Positions 1 through 9,581 are shown, counted from the stretch's first letter. The stretch is DNA of 64,000 bases from Gammaproteobacteria bacterium (GCA_965115835.1 OZ220471.1:1486157-1550156); one strand, 5' to 3'. Numbers and translations are program-made. The notes: generated from the letters alone by a model not told the origin.

Positions 1-614
1 CCCAACTGGATATCAACCCGCTCAATGGCGGACAGCGGCACGTTCAGGAGGTTCACGAAGTCCGCTTCCTGCCCTCCGGTGCCCGCGATCCGCCGCCCGT
101 CCAGCAGCACCAGCGTATTGGGCGAACCCAGGCCGCGCAGGTTGACCGTGGAAACGCCTATCTGCTGGCTCCCCCTGATCAGCGAGTCAAGGTCCAGGCC
201 GCCGGAAGCAGTAACACGTCTGGCCTCACTGTCGCTCCCGCCGAACGACTGCGTGCTGATGGAAGGGAAGGCCCAGGGCATCCTGCGAAAGAATTCCTCC
301 AGACTGGACACGCCCCGCCGGGCAATATCCTCGGCGGTGAAGCTGTACACTTGGGCGCTGGGGTCGCCACCGATCAGCCGCGAGCCGGTCACCACCTGCG
401 TGGCCAGTTCGACCGGCGCCTCTTCCTCCCCGACTTCATCGGCGGCCCCGGTCTCAACAACCGCCTCAGGCTTGTCTACCCCCCCCCCCCCTTCGTCGAC
501 CGTATCGGCGTCCTGCTCCTGCGCCGCAGCGACCGCCACGCCCAGCGACAGCAACGCCGCCGCCAACCCGGACAAGACATATTGCCCGACTGCTTCCGCA
601 ATGTTCTTCTTCAT
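1..614 (-). CDS. TonB-dependent receptor, N-terminal part (gene continues beyond the left edge)
   Basis: Absent from the ORF track because it has no stop in the window. My reverse translation from the ATG (complement of 612-614) gives MKKNIAEAVGQYVLSGLAAALLSLGVAVAAAQ (signal peptide), then VVTGSRLIGG...STVNLRGLGSPNTLVLLDGRRIAG, a TonB-dependent receptor plug-domain pattern. Confidence 0.75.
   Translation of the reverse strand, partial: MKKNIAEAVGQYVLSGLAAALLSLGVAVAAAQEQDADTVDEGGGGVDKPEAVVETGAADEVGEEEAPVELATQVVTGSRLIGGDPSAQVYSFTAEDIARRGVSSLEEFFRRMPWAFPSISTQSFGGSDSEARRVTASGGLDLDSLIRGSQQIGVSTVNLRGLGSPNTLVLLDGRRIAGTGGQEADFVNLLNVPLSAIERVDIQL
479..491. repeat. Homopolymeric tract of 13 C (13 G on the coding strand) inside the receptor gene
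   Basis: Counted directly: cc at 479-480, ten c at 481-490, c at 491. In frame it encodes EGGGGV between the signal peptide and the plug. Confidence 0.9.
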
Positions 615-1007
615 GGTTTCCCCCTACTGGTTCAAGCGCAACGGTCAACTCCCGGCGCCGCGCTCAGGAGCTCTGCTGTTCCTGATCGGACAATGCTTCG
701 ACTCTACCACGTCTTGTCTGGTCTCATGTTTTCTTGTGATGTCTGCAACAAAATCCGGGCATCGCGCTTGCCCTTTCCGGTGTGCGCGAACGCTTCGGCC
801 TCGGTGGGTTGGGCGGCTTGGCGGGCGGCAGCTCCGGATGTATTCCGGCTGAATTTCAGGCCGCAGACATTCGACTATCTTCGGCCCGCCTTGGCTTCCG
901 CATTGCGCGCACGGGAGTATGATTCGGCCCAACGGCATTCGCGCCGGCACTCCGGCGCCGGAGGGAGAAACAGCAGGGCTGCGGCCCGGTCCGGTGAAAC
1001 AGACGGG

Positions 1008-2525
1008 TCAGGGATTCATCACTTCCCGCAGGACGGCGAGCAGGTCGCTGGCGATCATGCCGCGCTGCCCGCCCCGGGCGGCAAGGTCTCCGGCGCGCGC
1101 ATGCACGAAGGCCGCCAGGCCCGCAATGTCCTCGGGCGGCGCGGCAGGGAGTTGCGCCCACAGCCCCGCCACAAGCCCGGTCAACACGTCACCCATGCCG
1201 GCAGTGGCCATCCCCGGGTTGCCGGCGTCGATAACCCATGGCGCCTTCTCCCCGCCGGACACCAGCGTATGCGCCCCCTTGAGCAGCGCCACGCCGCCCG
1301 CGCGCCGACGGAGGCCGGCCAGGGCGTCAAGCCGGTTCGCCTGCACCTGCGCACTGGAACAACCCAACAACCGGCCCGCCTCGCCCGGATGGGGCGTAAT
1401 GATCAGCGGCGGCGCATTTCCGCCGCCGGCAAATCGCCCCGGCGCTTCTGCAAGCAGATTCAGGCCATCGGCATCGGTCACGCGAGGCAGGCCGCTGTCG
1501 CCTGCCATGGCAAACAGCTCCCGCGCCCACGGATCGCGCCCCAGCCCGCAGCCCACGGCGACCACGGTGGCGCGTTCGAGGAGCGGCGCCAGATCCCCGG
1601 CGCGGCGAACCCCTCGCACCATGAGCTCCGGCCTCCCTGCCAGCAGTTCGGCTGCGTGCTCCGGGTGGGTGGCCACCGAAACCAGACCGGCCCCCGCTCG
1701 CAAGGCGCCTTCCCCGGCCAGCCGTGCGGCTCCTCCCATGCCCGCACCGCCGCCAACCACCAACACATGGCCGAAACAGCCCTTGTGGTCCGCTCGGCGG
1801 CGGGCGGAAAGCATGGCGCGCCCGATCCGCTCGCCGAAAATCCGCAACCCGGGCTGCTCGGTCGCGGCAGCCTCCGCCTCCCGAAGCGACTCCGGCGAAA
1901 CACGGCCGAGAGGCTCCAGCACGCGCTCTCCGACATGGTTGGGGGCGTCGCCCAGAAACAAACCGCACTTCTCGGCGATGAAAGTGACGGTCAGCGTGGC
2001 GCGCACAGCCACTCCCGGGGCAGCGCCGCTATCGGCGTGGATGCCGGTGGGGATATCCACCGCCAGCACCGGCGCGCCCGAATCGTTCACGGCGCGAATC
2101 GCTTCCCGATAGCGGCCCCTGGGCGGGCGATCCAGGCCGATCCCGAGCATGGCGTCCACAATCAGATCGCATGGAGGAAGCGCGCGCCCCTCGAACGGCG
2201 CCACGGACACCTCCGCGCCAGCCAGCGCCTCGAACTGGGTGGCTGTATCCCCCCGGGGCCGGCTGGAGGGCGACAACAACAGCACCTGCGCCTCGAAGCC
2301 CTGGCTCTTCGCCAGACGGGCAACGACAAAACCGTCGCCGGCGTTGTTGCCCGCGCCGGCCAGGACCAGCCAGCGCCGCGCCTCCGGAAAGCGCCGCCGG
2401 GCATGCTCGAAGGCCGCCGCTCCCGCACGCTGCATGAGCGCGTTGCTGTCGATGCCCTCGGCAACCATCACTGCGCCTTCCAGCGCGCGCACCACGGAAG
2501 CCGGATAAGCAGCCCGATAACTCAT
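1008..2525 (-). CDS. nnr: Bifunctional NAD(P)H-hydrate repair enzyme (NAD(P)HX epimerase / ADP-dependent dehydratase)
   Basis: YjeF_N-like LVLAGAGNNAGDGFVVAR plus a C-terminal carbohydrate-kinase part (GHVLVVGGGAGMGGAARLAG, ITPHPGEAGRLLG, MATAGMGDVLTG). Start set at ATG 2525 (MSYRAAY) rather than the longest ORF start 2564. Confidence 0.85.
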   Translation of the reverse strand: MSYRAAYPASVVRALEGAVMVAEGIDSNALMQRAGAAAFEHARRRFPEARRWLVLAGAGNNAGDGFVVARLAKSQGFEAQVLLLSPSSRPRGDTATQFEALAGAEVSVAPFEGRALPPCDLIVDAMLGIGLDRPPRGRYREAIRAVNDSGAPVLAVDIPTGIHADSGAAPGVAVRATLTVTFIAEKCGLFLGDAPNHVGERVLEPLGRVSPESLREAEAAATEQPGLRIFGERIGRAMLSARRRADHKGCFGHVLVVGGGAGMGGAARLAGEGALRAGAGLVSVATHPEHAAELLAGRPELMVRGVRRAGDLAPLLERATVVAVGCGLGRDPWARELFAMAGDSGLPRVTDADGLNLLAEAPGRFAGGGNAPPLIITPHPGEAGRLLGCSSAQVQANRLDALAGLRRRAGGVALLKGAHTLVSGGEKAPWVIDAGNPGMATAGMGDVLTGLVAGLWAQLPAAPPEDIAGLAAFVHARAGDLAARGGQRGMIASDLLAVLREVMNP

Positions 2526-2601
2526 CAGCCTACAGGTTTCATGCAAACTACCGAGCGTCGCCACCCCAACACACCCTGGACATCACTCCCTGCAAATATA
2601 C

Positions 2602-3240
2602 TCACTCCCCTCTCGCCAACCCTTCCAGACGCGCTACCCACACATCAAACCGAGGGCATTCCGCCCGAATCTTCGGCAGACCCGTCTCTTTCGCAATCAG
2701 CGGGCCGTGAAGACGCTTGCGATATCGGGACACCGCGCCTGCAATTCTCTTGCTGGGCGCCCCGCCCGGATCGTCATTGATCTCTTCGGGCGTTGAAAAT
2801 TGCTGGCGAATGGCCGCAAGCCGCTCAATGTCCGGGTTCGCCGTTTCACCGATAACCCGGAATGCCCCTGTTTCCGAAAAAAGAAGGCCCTCGAACTCGT
2901 ACTTCTGCACATAGGGAAACACCCGCCTGCCGTTCGTGATTTTCGGTTCGATTTCTTGCATCAAGCGCTCTTCCAGCGCTTCCACCGTGGGTTCTTCGCG
3001 ACCGCGAAAACCGTAGAAGTCCACCAGCGATGTCACAGCATCGAAAGAATGCTGCAACAGCACCATTTCGGCCGCGAGGCGTCCGACACTCACATTACCA
3101 CCACCCTGGCCGCCGCCTCGCGCTCTCCCGAGAAGGATGGGACAAGGCTCCACATCGCTCTCTCGCAGAAGGTCGGCCAGGATCCCCTTGACGAAGGCCT
3201 CCTCGGTCTGTCCCTCTACCGAAATGCCAAGCCGGATCAC
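2602..3240 (-). CDS. DUF4276-family protein (partner of the upstream ATPase)
   Basis: Internal GTG at 3240-3238 overlaps the ATPase stop TGA (3239-3237), a GTGA coupling. The product VIRLGISVEGQTEEAFVKGIL...VFPYVQKYEFEGLLF...PSKRI matches my memory of DUF4276. The upstream part of the 342-aa ORF is Arg/Gly-rich junk overlapping the ATPase gene. Confidence 0.65.
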   Translation of the reverse strand: MIRLGISVEGQTEEAFVKGILADLLRESDVEPCPILLGRARGGGQGGGNVSVGRLAAEMVLLQHSFDAVTSLVDFYGFRGREEPTVEALEERLMQEIEPKITNGRRVFPYVQKYEFEGLLFSETGAFRVIGETANPDIERLAAIRQQFSTPEEINDDPGGAPSKRIAGAVSRYRKRLHGPLIAKETGLPKIRAECPRFDVWVARLEGLARGE

Positions 3241-4361
3241 GGACGACCTCCAAGAAGGTTCTTCTGCCAAAGCTCCCCCGTCGTATATTCGTTCAACCAA
3301 TCCTGATAACGCTCCCGATCGAACCGCCGAACACTGCTCTTGCCGTCTTGCGCCTCCAGAACCAGGATCTCCTTGATATCGAATGCGTCCACAAGCAAGG
3401 GAGACTGCGTCGCAACGATTACTTGCCGGTCCGCCGCACATACCTTGATCATTTCGCCGACCAGAGCGATAGCCGCAGGGTGCAACCCCAACTCCGGTTC
3501 GTCCAGCAGGACCACATCCGGAAGCATCCCGGACGGAAGGTTCAGCAAGGTGACCAGAGCGAAAAAACGAAGCGAGCCATCGGAGGTCAGATGCGCGCCG
3601 ATCGTCTTGTCCATTCCAGCAGCCTTCCATCGCAGCATGACCTTTCCATGGCTTTCCTCCAACTCGAATCGGTCGAAGATTGGCAATGCACCACGAATGT
3701 GGTCGCCAATCCGCTCGAACCGCTGCCTGTCTTCACGTTCCAGACGCAGCAGGATTGCCGCCAGATTTCCTCCATGAGACTTCAAATAGGCATTGTCCCT
3801 CGCATCCCAGTGCTTCTTCATTTGTGAATCATGAGAGGTATCGTGAAACTGGTACACAGCGCATCGACGCAACAAATGGACCAGTACCCGAGCCGTGGTT
3901 GAGTTCACTTCGGGTATCCCCGCACGATCCGGGACTTCTCGAATTTCCGCCTCGGAATGACCGCTTCCCAGATGTTGCCACGGCGCCTCTGTACTCCAGC
4001 CAGCCCTGCTGAAGCGAAACGCTTCCTCGGTGAATATGAAACGATCCGGATGAGCGTAACTAAACAGGAAGCGATAGTCGTTTCGGCCTTGGTCCGTTCG
4101 AATGGCCAACTCGGCTTCCATTACAGGAGTAACCTTGCTGCCGCCAAAAAGCTGGTCGTCAGCGCCCCCGTTTCTCTGGACAAACTCCGCCAGCCTTCCC
4201 GCCCCGATCATCCAGGTCACCATCTCGAAAAAACGAATGAAATTCGATTTGCCGCAGCCATTGGCGCCGATCAAAACGGCTGTCCCCGGCAGCGCATCGA
4301 TCTCGATATCCGCCAGAGACCGGAAACCCCTTATCCGTAGGTATTCAATTCGATTCGGCAT
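3237..4361 (-). CDS. ABC/SMC-like AAA ATPase (AAA_15/AAA_21 type)
   Basis: Walker A LIGANGCGKSNF, signature-like LTSDGSLRFFAL, Walker B/D-loop VVLLDEPELGLHP. Start at ATG 4361 (MPNRIEYLRIRGFRSL). Confidence 0.8.
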   Translation of the reverse strand: MPNRIEYLRIRGFRSLADIEIDALPGTAVLIGANGCGKSNFIRFFEMVTWMIGAGRLAEFVQRNGGADDQLFGGSKVTPVMEAELAIRTDQGRNDYRFLFSYAHPDRFIFTEEAFRFSRAGWSTEAPWQHLGSGHSEAEIREVPDRAGIPEVNSTTARVLVHLLRRCAVYQFHDTSHDSQMKKHWDARDNAYLKSHGGNLAAILLRLEREDRQRFERIGDHIRGALPIFDRFELEESHGKVMLRWKAAGMDKTIGAHLTSDGSLRFFALVTLLNLPSGMLPDVVLLDEPELGLHPAAIALVGEMIKVCAADRQVIVATQSPLLVDAFDIKEILVLEAQDGKSSVRRFDRERYQDWLNEYTTGELWQKNLLGGRP

Positions 4362-4548
4362 CCCGTTTTTCCCTGCCTCATGCTGGCCTGCTCCCAAGTC
4401 CGGTTCAGTTTACATGCGCTGCGTTCCCCGCCGGCTGCGTCGCCCATCCAGTAGCCGCGACACTTTCCCGGTTTGACGGTCCCGCGCCGCTGCTCACCTC
4501 GCACGAGGCGCTACGAGCCGGCAGGACGGCAATTGCGGCAATATATGG

Positions 4549-5754
4549 ATGCCCATGCCCGCCGCCGCCAACCTGTCACGGCTTGCTGCCGAGCTGCCTG
4601 CCCTGGCGCAGGCGTTCGGCTTTCAGCAGGCGGGCGTTGCCGGAATCGATCTCGGGGAGGCCGAGAAGCGGCTCGAGCGCTGGCTGGAGCTGGGCCGGCA
4701 CGGAACCATGAGCTGGATGGCTCGCCATGGCCGCAAGCGCACGCGCCCGGACATGTTGCTGCCGGGAACGCTGCGGGTGTTGTGTTTCCGCATGCACTAC
4801 CAGCCCCGCGATGCGGCGCCCGCCCTGTCGGTGCTGGCCAATCCGCAAAAGGCCTACATTTCCCGCTACGCCCTGGGGCGCGACTACCACCGGCTGATGC
4901 GAAAGCGCCTCAAGGGGCTGGCCGAGCGCATCGCCGGGCTGGCCGGACCCATGGGCTACCGTGTGTTCGTGGACAGCGCGCCAGTCATGGAGAAACCGCT
5001 GGCCGCACAGGCCGGGTTGGGCTGGATGGGCAAGCACACCAACCTGATCAACCGGCGCGAAGGCTCATGGTTCTTCCTGGGCGAGATCTACACGGACCTG
5101 CCGCTGCCGCTCGGCCGCGCCGCCGACAATCATTGCGGCAGTTGCCGCGCGTGCCTCGACATCTGTCCCACCCGTGCAATCGTCGCGCCCTACCAACTGG
5201 ACGCCCGCCGCTGCGTGTCCTACCTCACGATCGAACATCGCGGCGCCATTCCCTGCGAACTTCGCCCGATGATGGGCAACCGCATCTTCGGCTGCGACGA
5301 CTGCCAGCTGGTCTGCCCCTGGAACCGCCATGCCCGTCCCAGCGAAGAAGCGGCGTTTGCCCCCCGCAGCGGCCTGGACGACGCCGCACTCACCACCCTG
5401 TTCGCCTGGAGCGAAGAGCAGTGGCGCGAACGCACGAGAGGCAGCGCCCTGCGCCGCGCAGGCTACACCGGATGGCTCCGGAACCTTGCCGTGGCCCTGG
5501 GCAACGCCACCCGCTCGGCAGCCGTCCTCAAGGCGCTGCGCCGCCGCTCCTCGCACCCGAGCGAAATGGTTCGGGAGCATGTGCGCTGGGCGCTGGAGCG
5601 TCTGGACGACAACCGGGCAAGCTACTCGAACGAGCATCCGGCGTTATCGACAAGGCGCGTCCGGCCCAGCCAGGCGGCGGCCAGCACCACCCATCCCCCA
5701 CAATCGGACGCCGCCGGCAAGCCGAGGTCGCCGGCCCGGCGCACCGCCACGTAA
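4549..5754 (+). CDS. queG: Epoxyqueuosine reductase
   Basis: FGFQQAGVAGIDL, MSWMARHG, LLPGTLRVL, two ferredoxin Cys clusters (CGSCRACLDICP, CDDCQLVCPWN), HVRWAL near the end. About 45 extra C-terminal residues run into panC on the opposite strand. Confidence 0.85.
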   Translation: MPMPAAANLSRLAAELPALAQAFGFQQAGVAGIDLGEAEKRLERWLELGRHGTMSWMARHGRKRTRPDMLLPGTLRVLCFRMHYQPRDAAPALSVLANPQKAYISRYALGRDYHRLMRKRLKGLAERIAGLAGPMGYRVFVDSAPVMEKPLAAQAGLGWMGKHTNLINRREGSWFFLGEIYTDLPLPLGRAADNHCGSCRACLDICPTRAIVAPYQLDARRCVSYLTIEHRGAIPCELRPMMGNRIFGCDDCQLVCPWNRHARPSEEAAFAPRSGLDDAALTTLFAWSEEQWRERTRGSALRRAGYTGWLRNLAVALGNATRSAAVLKALRRRSSHPSEMVREHVRWALERLDDNRASYSNEHPALSTRRVRPSQAAASTTHPPQSDAAGKPRSPARRTAT

Positions 5755-6473
5755 TCCGGCGCGAAGCCTTGTTCCTCAAGACGCGCCACCGCCTCCCGCT
5801 CCAGGCGGGCGAAGTCGCGTTCGCCGTTTCGCAGGCGCTGCGCACACGCCTCCAGCACCGCGTGCAGCGCCGGGGCGGTGCGTCTTTCTTCCGCGCTGAG
5901 GTAGCGATTGCGTGAACTCATGGCCAGACCGTCGTCTTCGCGCGTGATCGGCCCCTCGATCACCTCGACGGGAAGGTGCAAATCCTCCACCATCCTGCGC
6001 AGGATCACCAATTGCTGGTAATCCTTGCGCCCGAATATCACCGCATCGGGCAAGACAATCAGGAGCAGGCGAGCCACGACCGACGTCACCCCGACAAAGT
6101 GCGCGGGCCGATGCGCACCGCAGAGATCCGCAGACAAGCCGGGCACTTCCACCCGAGTGAGATCGTCCAGCCCTCTCGGATAGATCTCTTCCGCCGCCGG
6201 AGCGAACAGCAGGTCCGCGTCCGCCTCGCGCAGCAGCGCGGCGTCCGCTTCGAGATCGCGCGGATAGCGTTCGAAGTCCTCTCCGGGAGCGAATTGCGTG
6301 GGATTGACGAAAATACTCACGACTGCGCGCCCCGAGCGTCGCGCAAGGCGCACCAGATCGAGGTGCGCCTGATGCAGGGCGCCCATCGTCGGCGCCAGCG
6401 TTACCCTCTCGCCCGCTTCCCGCCACCGCCGAACCTGTGCGCGAACCTGCGCCCTGGTCTCGACTATGCGCAT
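5622..6473 (-). CDS. panC: Pantoate--beta-alanine ligase
   Basis: MRIVETRAQVRAQV...LAPTMGALHQAHLDL...SIFVNPTQF...GRKDYQQL...MSSRNRYL. Start at ATG 6473. Confidence 0.9.
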   Translation of the reverse strand: MRIVETRAQVRAQVRRWREAGERVTLAPTMGALHQAHLDLVRLARRSGRAVVSIFVNPTQFAPGEDFERYPRDLEADAALLREADADLLFAPAAEEIYPRGLDDLTRVEVPGLSADLCGAHRPAHFVGVTSVVARLLLIVLPDAVIFGRKDYQQLVILRRMVEDLHLPVEVIEGPITREDDGLAMSSRNRYLSAEERRTAPALHAVLEACAQRLRNGERDFARLEREAVARLEEQGFAPDYVAVRRAGDLGLPAASDCGGWVVLAAAWLGRTRLVDNAGCSFE

Positions 6474-6647
6474 GAGACCGGGAGGGTCGATCGAACAACG
6501 ATGGGCCGGCGCGGCCCCTCCTGCCGGAAGACGCAAGGACCTGTTGGCGGCGCTCGTTTCCGGCGCCCATGGCTCCAACATTCCCGGCGCGCAGGCGCCG
6601 CGCCGGGAACGCGCACGCCAGAAAACCTGCCGTCGCCGGTCACTGCG

Positions 6648-7451
6648 TCAGGAAAAGCAGTGTTCGGGCGCCGGGTACCCGTGCGACTTGACGGCTGCCA
6701 CATAGGCCTCGCAGGCGGCCAGCGGGTCGTCTGCTTCGGCGATGAAATTGCGCACGAATCGAGGCAACGGTCCCTGGGTAATGCCCAGCATGTCGTACAG
6801 CACCAGGATCTGGCCATCCACATGCGGCCCCGCACCAATCCCCAGCACAGGAACCCGGCATTGCTCGGCCACCGCCTGGCCCAGTTCATTGGGGACGCAT
6901 TCCAGCAGAACCACATCGGCGCCCGCCTCCTCCAGCCGGCGCGCGCTCTCGACCATTGCTCCGGCCTGTTCCGGCTGCCGCCCGTGGACCTTGAAACCGC
7001 CGATCTTGTGCACGGACTGCGGGCGCAGGCCAAGATGCGCACATACCGGGATGTCGTGGCGCGCCAGATGCTCGACAACCTTCCGCTGGCCCATGCCGCC
7101 CTCCAGCTTGACCATCATCGCAGCCCCCTCCTGCATCAAGCGAACCGCGTTGTCGAGCGCCTGCTCCGGCTGGCTGTAACTCATGAAGGGCATGTCCGCC
7201 ACCAGAAAGGCATGGGTCAGCGCCCGGGCCACAATCCTGCTGTGGTAGACGATGTCGTCCACGGTAACCGGCACCGTGGTGTCGTGCCCCTGAATCACCA
7301 TGCCCAGTGAGTCTCCCACCAGCACCAGATCCACTCCCGATCGATCCACCAGACGCGCGAAGCTGGCGTCGTAGGCCGTAAGGCAGGCGATAGGCTCGTT
7401 CTCCCTTTTCATGCGCGCCAGGGTACTGACGTTGACCGGCGGCCTGTGCAT
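6648..7451 (-). CDS. panB: 3-methyl-2-oxobutanoate hydroxymethyltransferase
   Basis: ACLTAYDASFARL...LVGDSLGMVIQGHDTT...VADMPF...VKLEGG...CAHLGLRPQSV. Start at ATG 7451. Confidence 0.9.
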   Translation of the reverse strand: MHRPPVNVSTLARMKRENEPIACLTAYDASFARLVDRSGVDLVLVGDSLGMVIQGHDTTVPVTVDDIVYHSRIVARALTHAFLVADMPFMSYSQPEQALDNAVRLMQEGAAMMVKLEGGMGQRKVVEHLARHDIPVCAHLGLRPQSVHKIGGFKVHGRQPEQAGAMVESARRLEEAGADVVLLECVPNELGQAVAEQCRVPVLGIGAGPHVDGQILVLYDMLGITQGPLPRFVRNFIAEADDPLAACEAYVAAVKSHGYPAPEHCFS

Positions 7452-7530
7452 GTCGCGCTGCTTCAGTTGAACGTACACCGGATGTCTCTCAATCCTGGCC
7501 AATGCAAGCGCGGAGCATGGGGGGGCCGTG

Positions 7531-8187
7531 TCAAGCCACCAGGCCGCCGGGATCAAAATAGGTGCGCCCGCCCCTGGCGCGCTCCATCTCGGCGAGCAGC
7601 AGTTCCAGATGCTCGTCATTATTGGCCAGGTCGATGGACTCGGTGTTCACGATAAGAACCGGCGCGGCATCGTAGTCCAGTATAAATCGCGCCATCGCTT
7701 CATGGAGCCGCTCGAGATAGTCGGCGGTGATGCGCCGCTCCATGGCAATGCCCCGGTTGGCGATGCGCTCGAGCAGCGTTCGCACCGGAGTCTGGAGAAA
7801 GACGACCAGATCCGGAACCGGCGGTTCGCACGCCACCGCCTGACACACCATGTCGTACACCTGCAACTCGTCGGCCGCGAGCGTACATTCGGCGTAAACC
7901 CGGTCGCGCTCCAGAAGGAAATCACTGATCCGCGTGGTCGGAAACAGGTCTTCCTTCTTGATGCGTTCCGCCAGCTGCGTACGATGCAGCAGGAAATACA
8001 ATTGCGCCGGCAGCACCGCCTGGGACACGCCGCCATAGAAGCGTTCCAGGAAGGGGTTGCCGTGCGGCGCCTCCACGATCAATTCGCCGTTCATGCGTTC
8101 GGCCAGCAAGTGGGCAAGCGTCGACTTTCCGGCGCCGATACAGCCCTCCACGGCGATATAGCGGCGGGAACGGGACGGGGCGGTCAT
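7531..8187 (-). CDS. Deoxynucleoside kinase family protein
   Basis: P-loop IAVEGCIGAGKSTLA, ERF/ERD motifs (NPFLERFY, FLLERDRVYA), 218 aa. The ATG at 8187 overlaps the pcnB stop (ATGA). The long N-terminal extension in the ORF track is rejected. Confidence 0.75.
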   Translation of the reverse strand: MTAPSRSRRYIAVEGCIGAGKSTLAHLLAERMNGELIVEAPHGNPFLERFYGGVSQAVLPAQLYFLLHRTQLAERIKKEDLFPTTRISDFLLERDRVYAECTLAADELQVYDMVCQAVACEPPVPDLVVFLQTPVRTLLERIANRGIAMERRITADYLERLHEAMARFILDYDAAPVLIVNTESIDLANNDEHLELLLAEMERARGGRTYFDPGGLVA

Positions 8188-9548
8188 TTCCCGCCGGGCC
8201 GCTGCGGCGCGGCTACGGCCTTGTCGCCACCCGCCCGGCGGCGCTTGGGCCAGGAACGCGACGGCGCCTTCTCCACCCGCTCCCGCCAATAGCGGACCCT
8301 TTCCCCATCCACTTCGCCCAAGCGTTGACGCAAGCGCAGCAGGCGATACGCAGGACGCAACAGGGGATTCCCCAGAACCTGCCGCAGACGCCGCGGGTGG
8401 GGCGCCTGCAGCGTGGCCTGCCGGGCCAGCACCTCTTCCATGTCCGCCTGCATCTTGCGCGGCGGCTTCAGCCCGAACTTGCTGTCGCGGACGAGCTCGC
8501 GGAATGCCTCGACCAGCCGACCATGCGTCGGAGGCCGGCCGCTGCCCGAAGCGGCGCCGGCCTTCATCGATACGGGGCCCCAGAAGAACACGCACAACAG
8601 GAACATCAGGCTGGCGTGGCTGCCTTCGTTCAGGCGAAGGTCGGTAGCCTCCAGTGCGTCGCGCAAAAACGGCGCCGCCCGAGGCTGCGCATCCATCCAT
8701 GCTTCGAGGAAGGGAAACAGTTCGTAGAGCAGGCCGAACCGCCGCAGTTGGGCAAAACTGGCCCCGGCGTGGCCACTCAGGAACAGCTTGCGAACCTCCT
8801 CGAGCAAGCGGGCGCTTGGCTCGGAGCGGAGCAACCGCGCCATTTCCGGGATCGGCTCGGCGCAGCGGGCATCCGGAGCGCAATCAAGCTTGGCGGCGAA
8901 GCGCGCCGCGCGCAGCATGCGCACCGGATCTTCCTGGTAGCGCAACCGGGGGTCGCCGATCAAACGCAGGCGACGGTCCCGGATGTCCCCGAGCCCGCCC
9001 GTGTGGTCGATGATGCGTCCATCGGCATAGTCCCAATACAGGGCATTGATGGTGAAATCGCGCCGCAGGACATCCTCTTCCAGGCGACCGAAACGATTGT
9101 CTCGAAGGATGCGCCCCCGGGACCCTCGCACTTCCGCGCCTTCGGCATCCTCCGCCTCATTGCCCGATCCGCGAAAGGTAGCCACCTCGATGTATTCGCG
9201 GCCGAACATCACGTGCGCCAGGCGGAAGCGCCGCCCAATCAGCAACACTCGGCGAAATACCTTCTTTACCTGTTCCGGGCGCGCATCCGTAACCACATCG
9301 AAGTCCTTCGGCCGGAGATGCAAAAGAAGGTCGCGCACACCGCCCCCCACCACGCAGGCGCGGTATCCAGCCCGGTGCAATCCTCGAAGCACCCTGATGA
9401 CATTGGACGGAAATTGCCGCGAACGGATGCGCGGCTCGTCCGAATGGATTTTCAGCGCCGTTGTTTCGATCGCGGGCTGGACTCTGGCCTGGGATGTCGC
9501 GGCGCACCTTCGAGGCGCGCCCGATTCTGGCTGCCTATAATATCCCAT
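8184..9548 (-). CDS. pcnB: Poly(A) polymerase I
   Basis: VIRVLRGLHRAGYRACVVGGGVRDLLL...KDFDVVTDA...IGRRFRLAHV...EVATFRG...RRDFTINALY. Start uncertain: ATG 9548, or the TTG at 9575 used by the ORF track. Confidence 0.85.
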   Translation of the reverse strand: MGYYRQPESGAPRRCAATSQARVQPAIETTALKIHSDEPRIRSRQFPSNVIRVLRGLHRAGYRACVVGGGVRDLLLHLRPKDFDVVTDARPEQVKKVFRRVLLIGRRFRLAHVMFGREYIEVATFRGSGNEAEDAEGAEVRGSRGRILRDNRFGRLEEDVLRRDFTINALYWDYADGRIIDHTGGLGDIRDRRLRLIGDPRLRYQEDPVRMLRAARFAAKLDCAPDARCAEPIPEMARLLRSEPSARLLEEVRKLFLSGHAGASFAQLRRFGLLYELFPFLEAWMDAQPRAAPFLRDALEATDLRLNEGSHASLMFLLCVFFWGPVSMKAGAASGSGRPPTHGRLVEAFRELVRDSKFGLKPPRKMQADMEEVLARQATLQAPHPRRLRQVLGNPLLRPAYRLLRLRQRLGEVDGERVRYWRERVEKAPSRSWPKRRRAGGDKAVAAPQRPGGK

Positions 9549-9581
9549 GGCAAGCGCAGTTGCGCCCGGCGCCAAGTGCGC

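Noticed and set aside
351-2780. 809-aa plus-strand ORF (and similar long ORFs at 13322-16513 minus, 22207-24273 plus, 35842-37494 plus, 38345-40060 plus, 41463-43571 plus, 43568-45088 plus, 55853-57940 plus)
   Set aside because: They are extremely Arg/Pro/Gly/Ala/His-rich with no recognisable motifs. Each lies antisense or out of frame to a gene with clear family signatures (nnr, valS, the TonB receptor, hsdM, hsdR, the helicase, dnaB, the Mo enzyme). These are typical stop-poor shadow ORFs of high-GC DNA.
7531-8187. folK in the usual pcnB-folK-panB position
   Set aside because: The ORF has a P-loop GAGKST and deoxynucleoside-kinase-like ERF/ERD motifs. It lacks the HPPK pattern.
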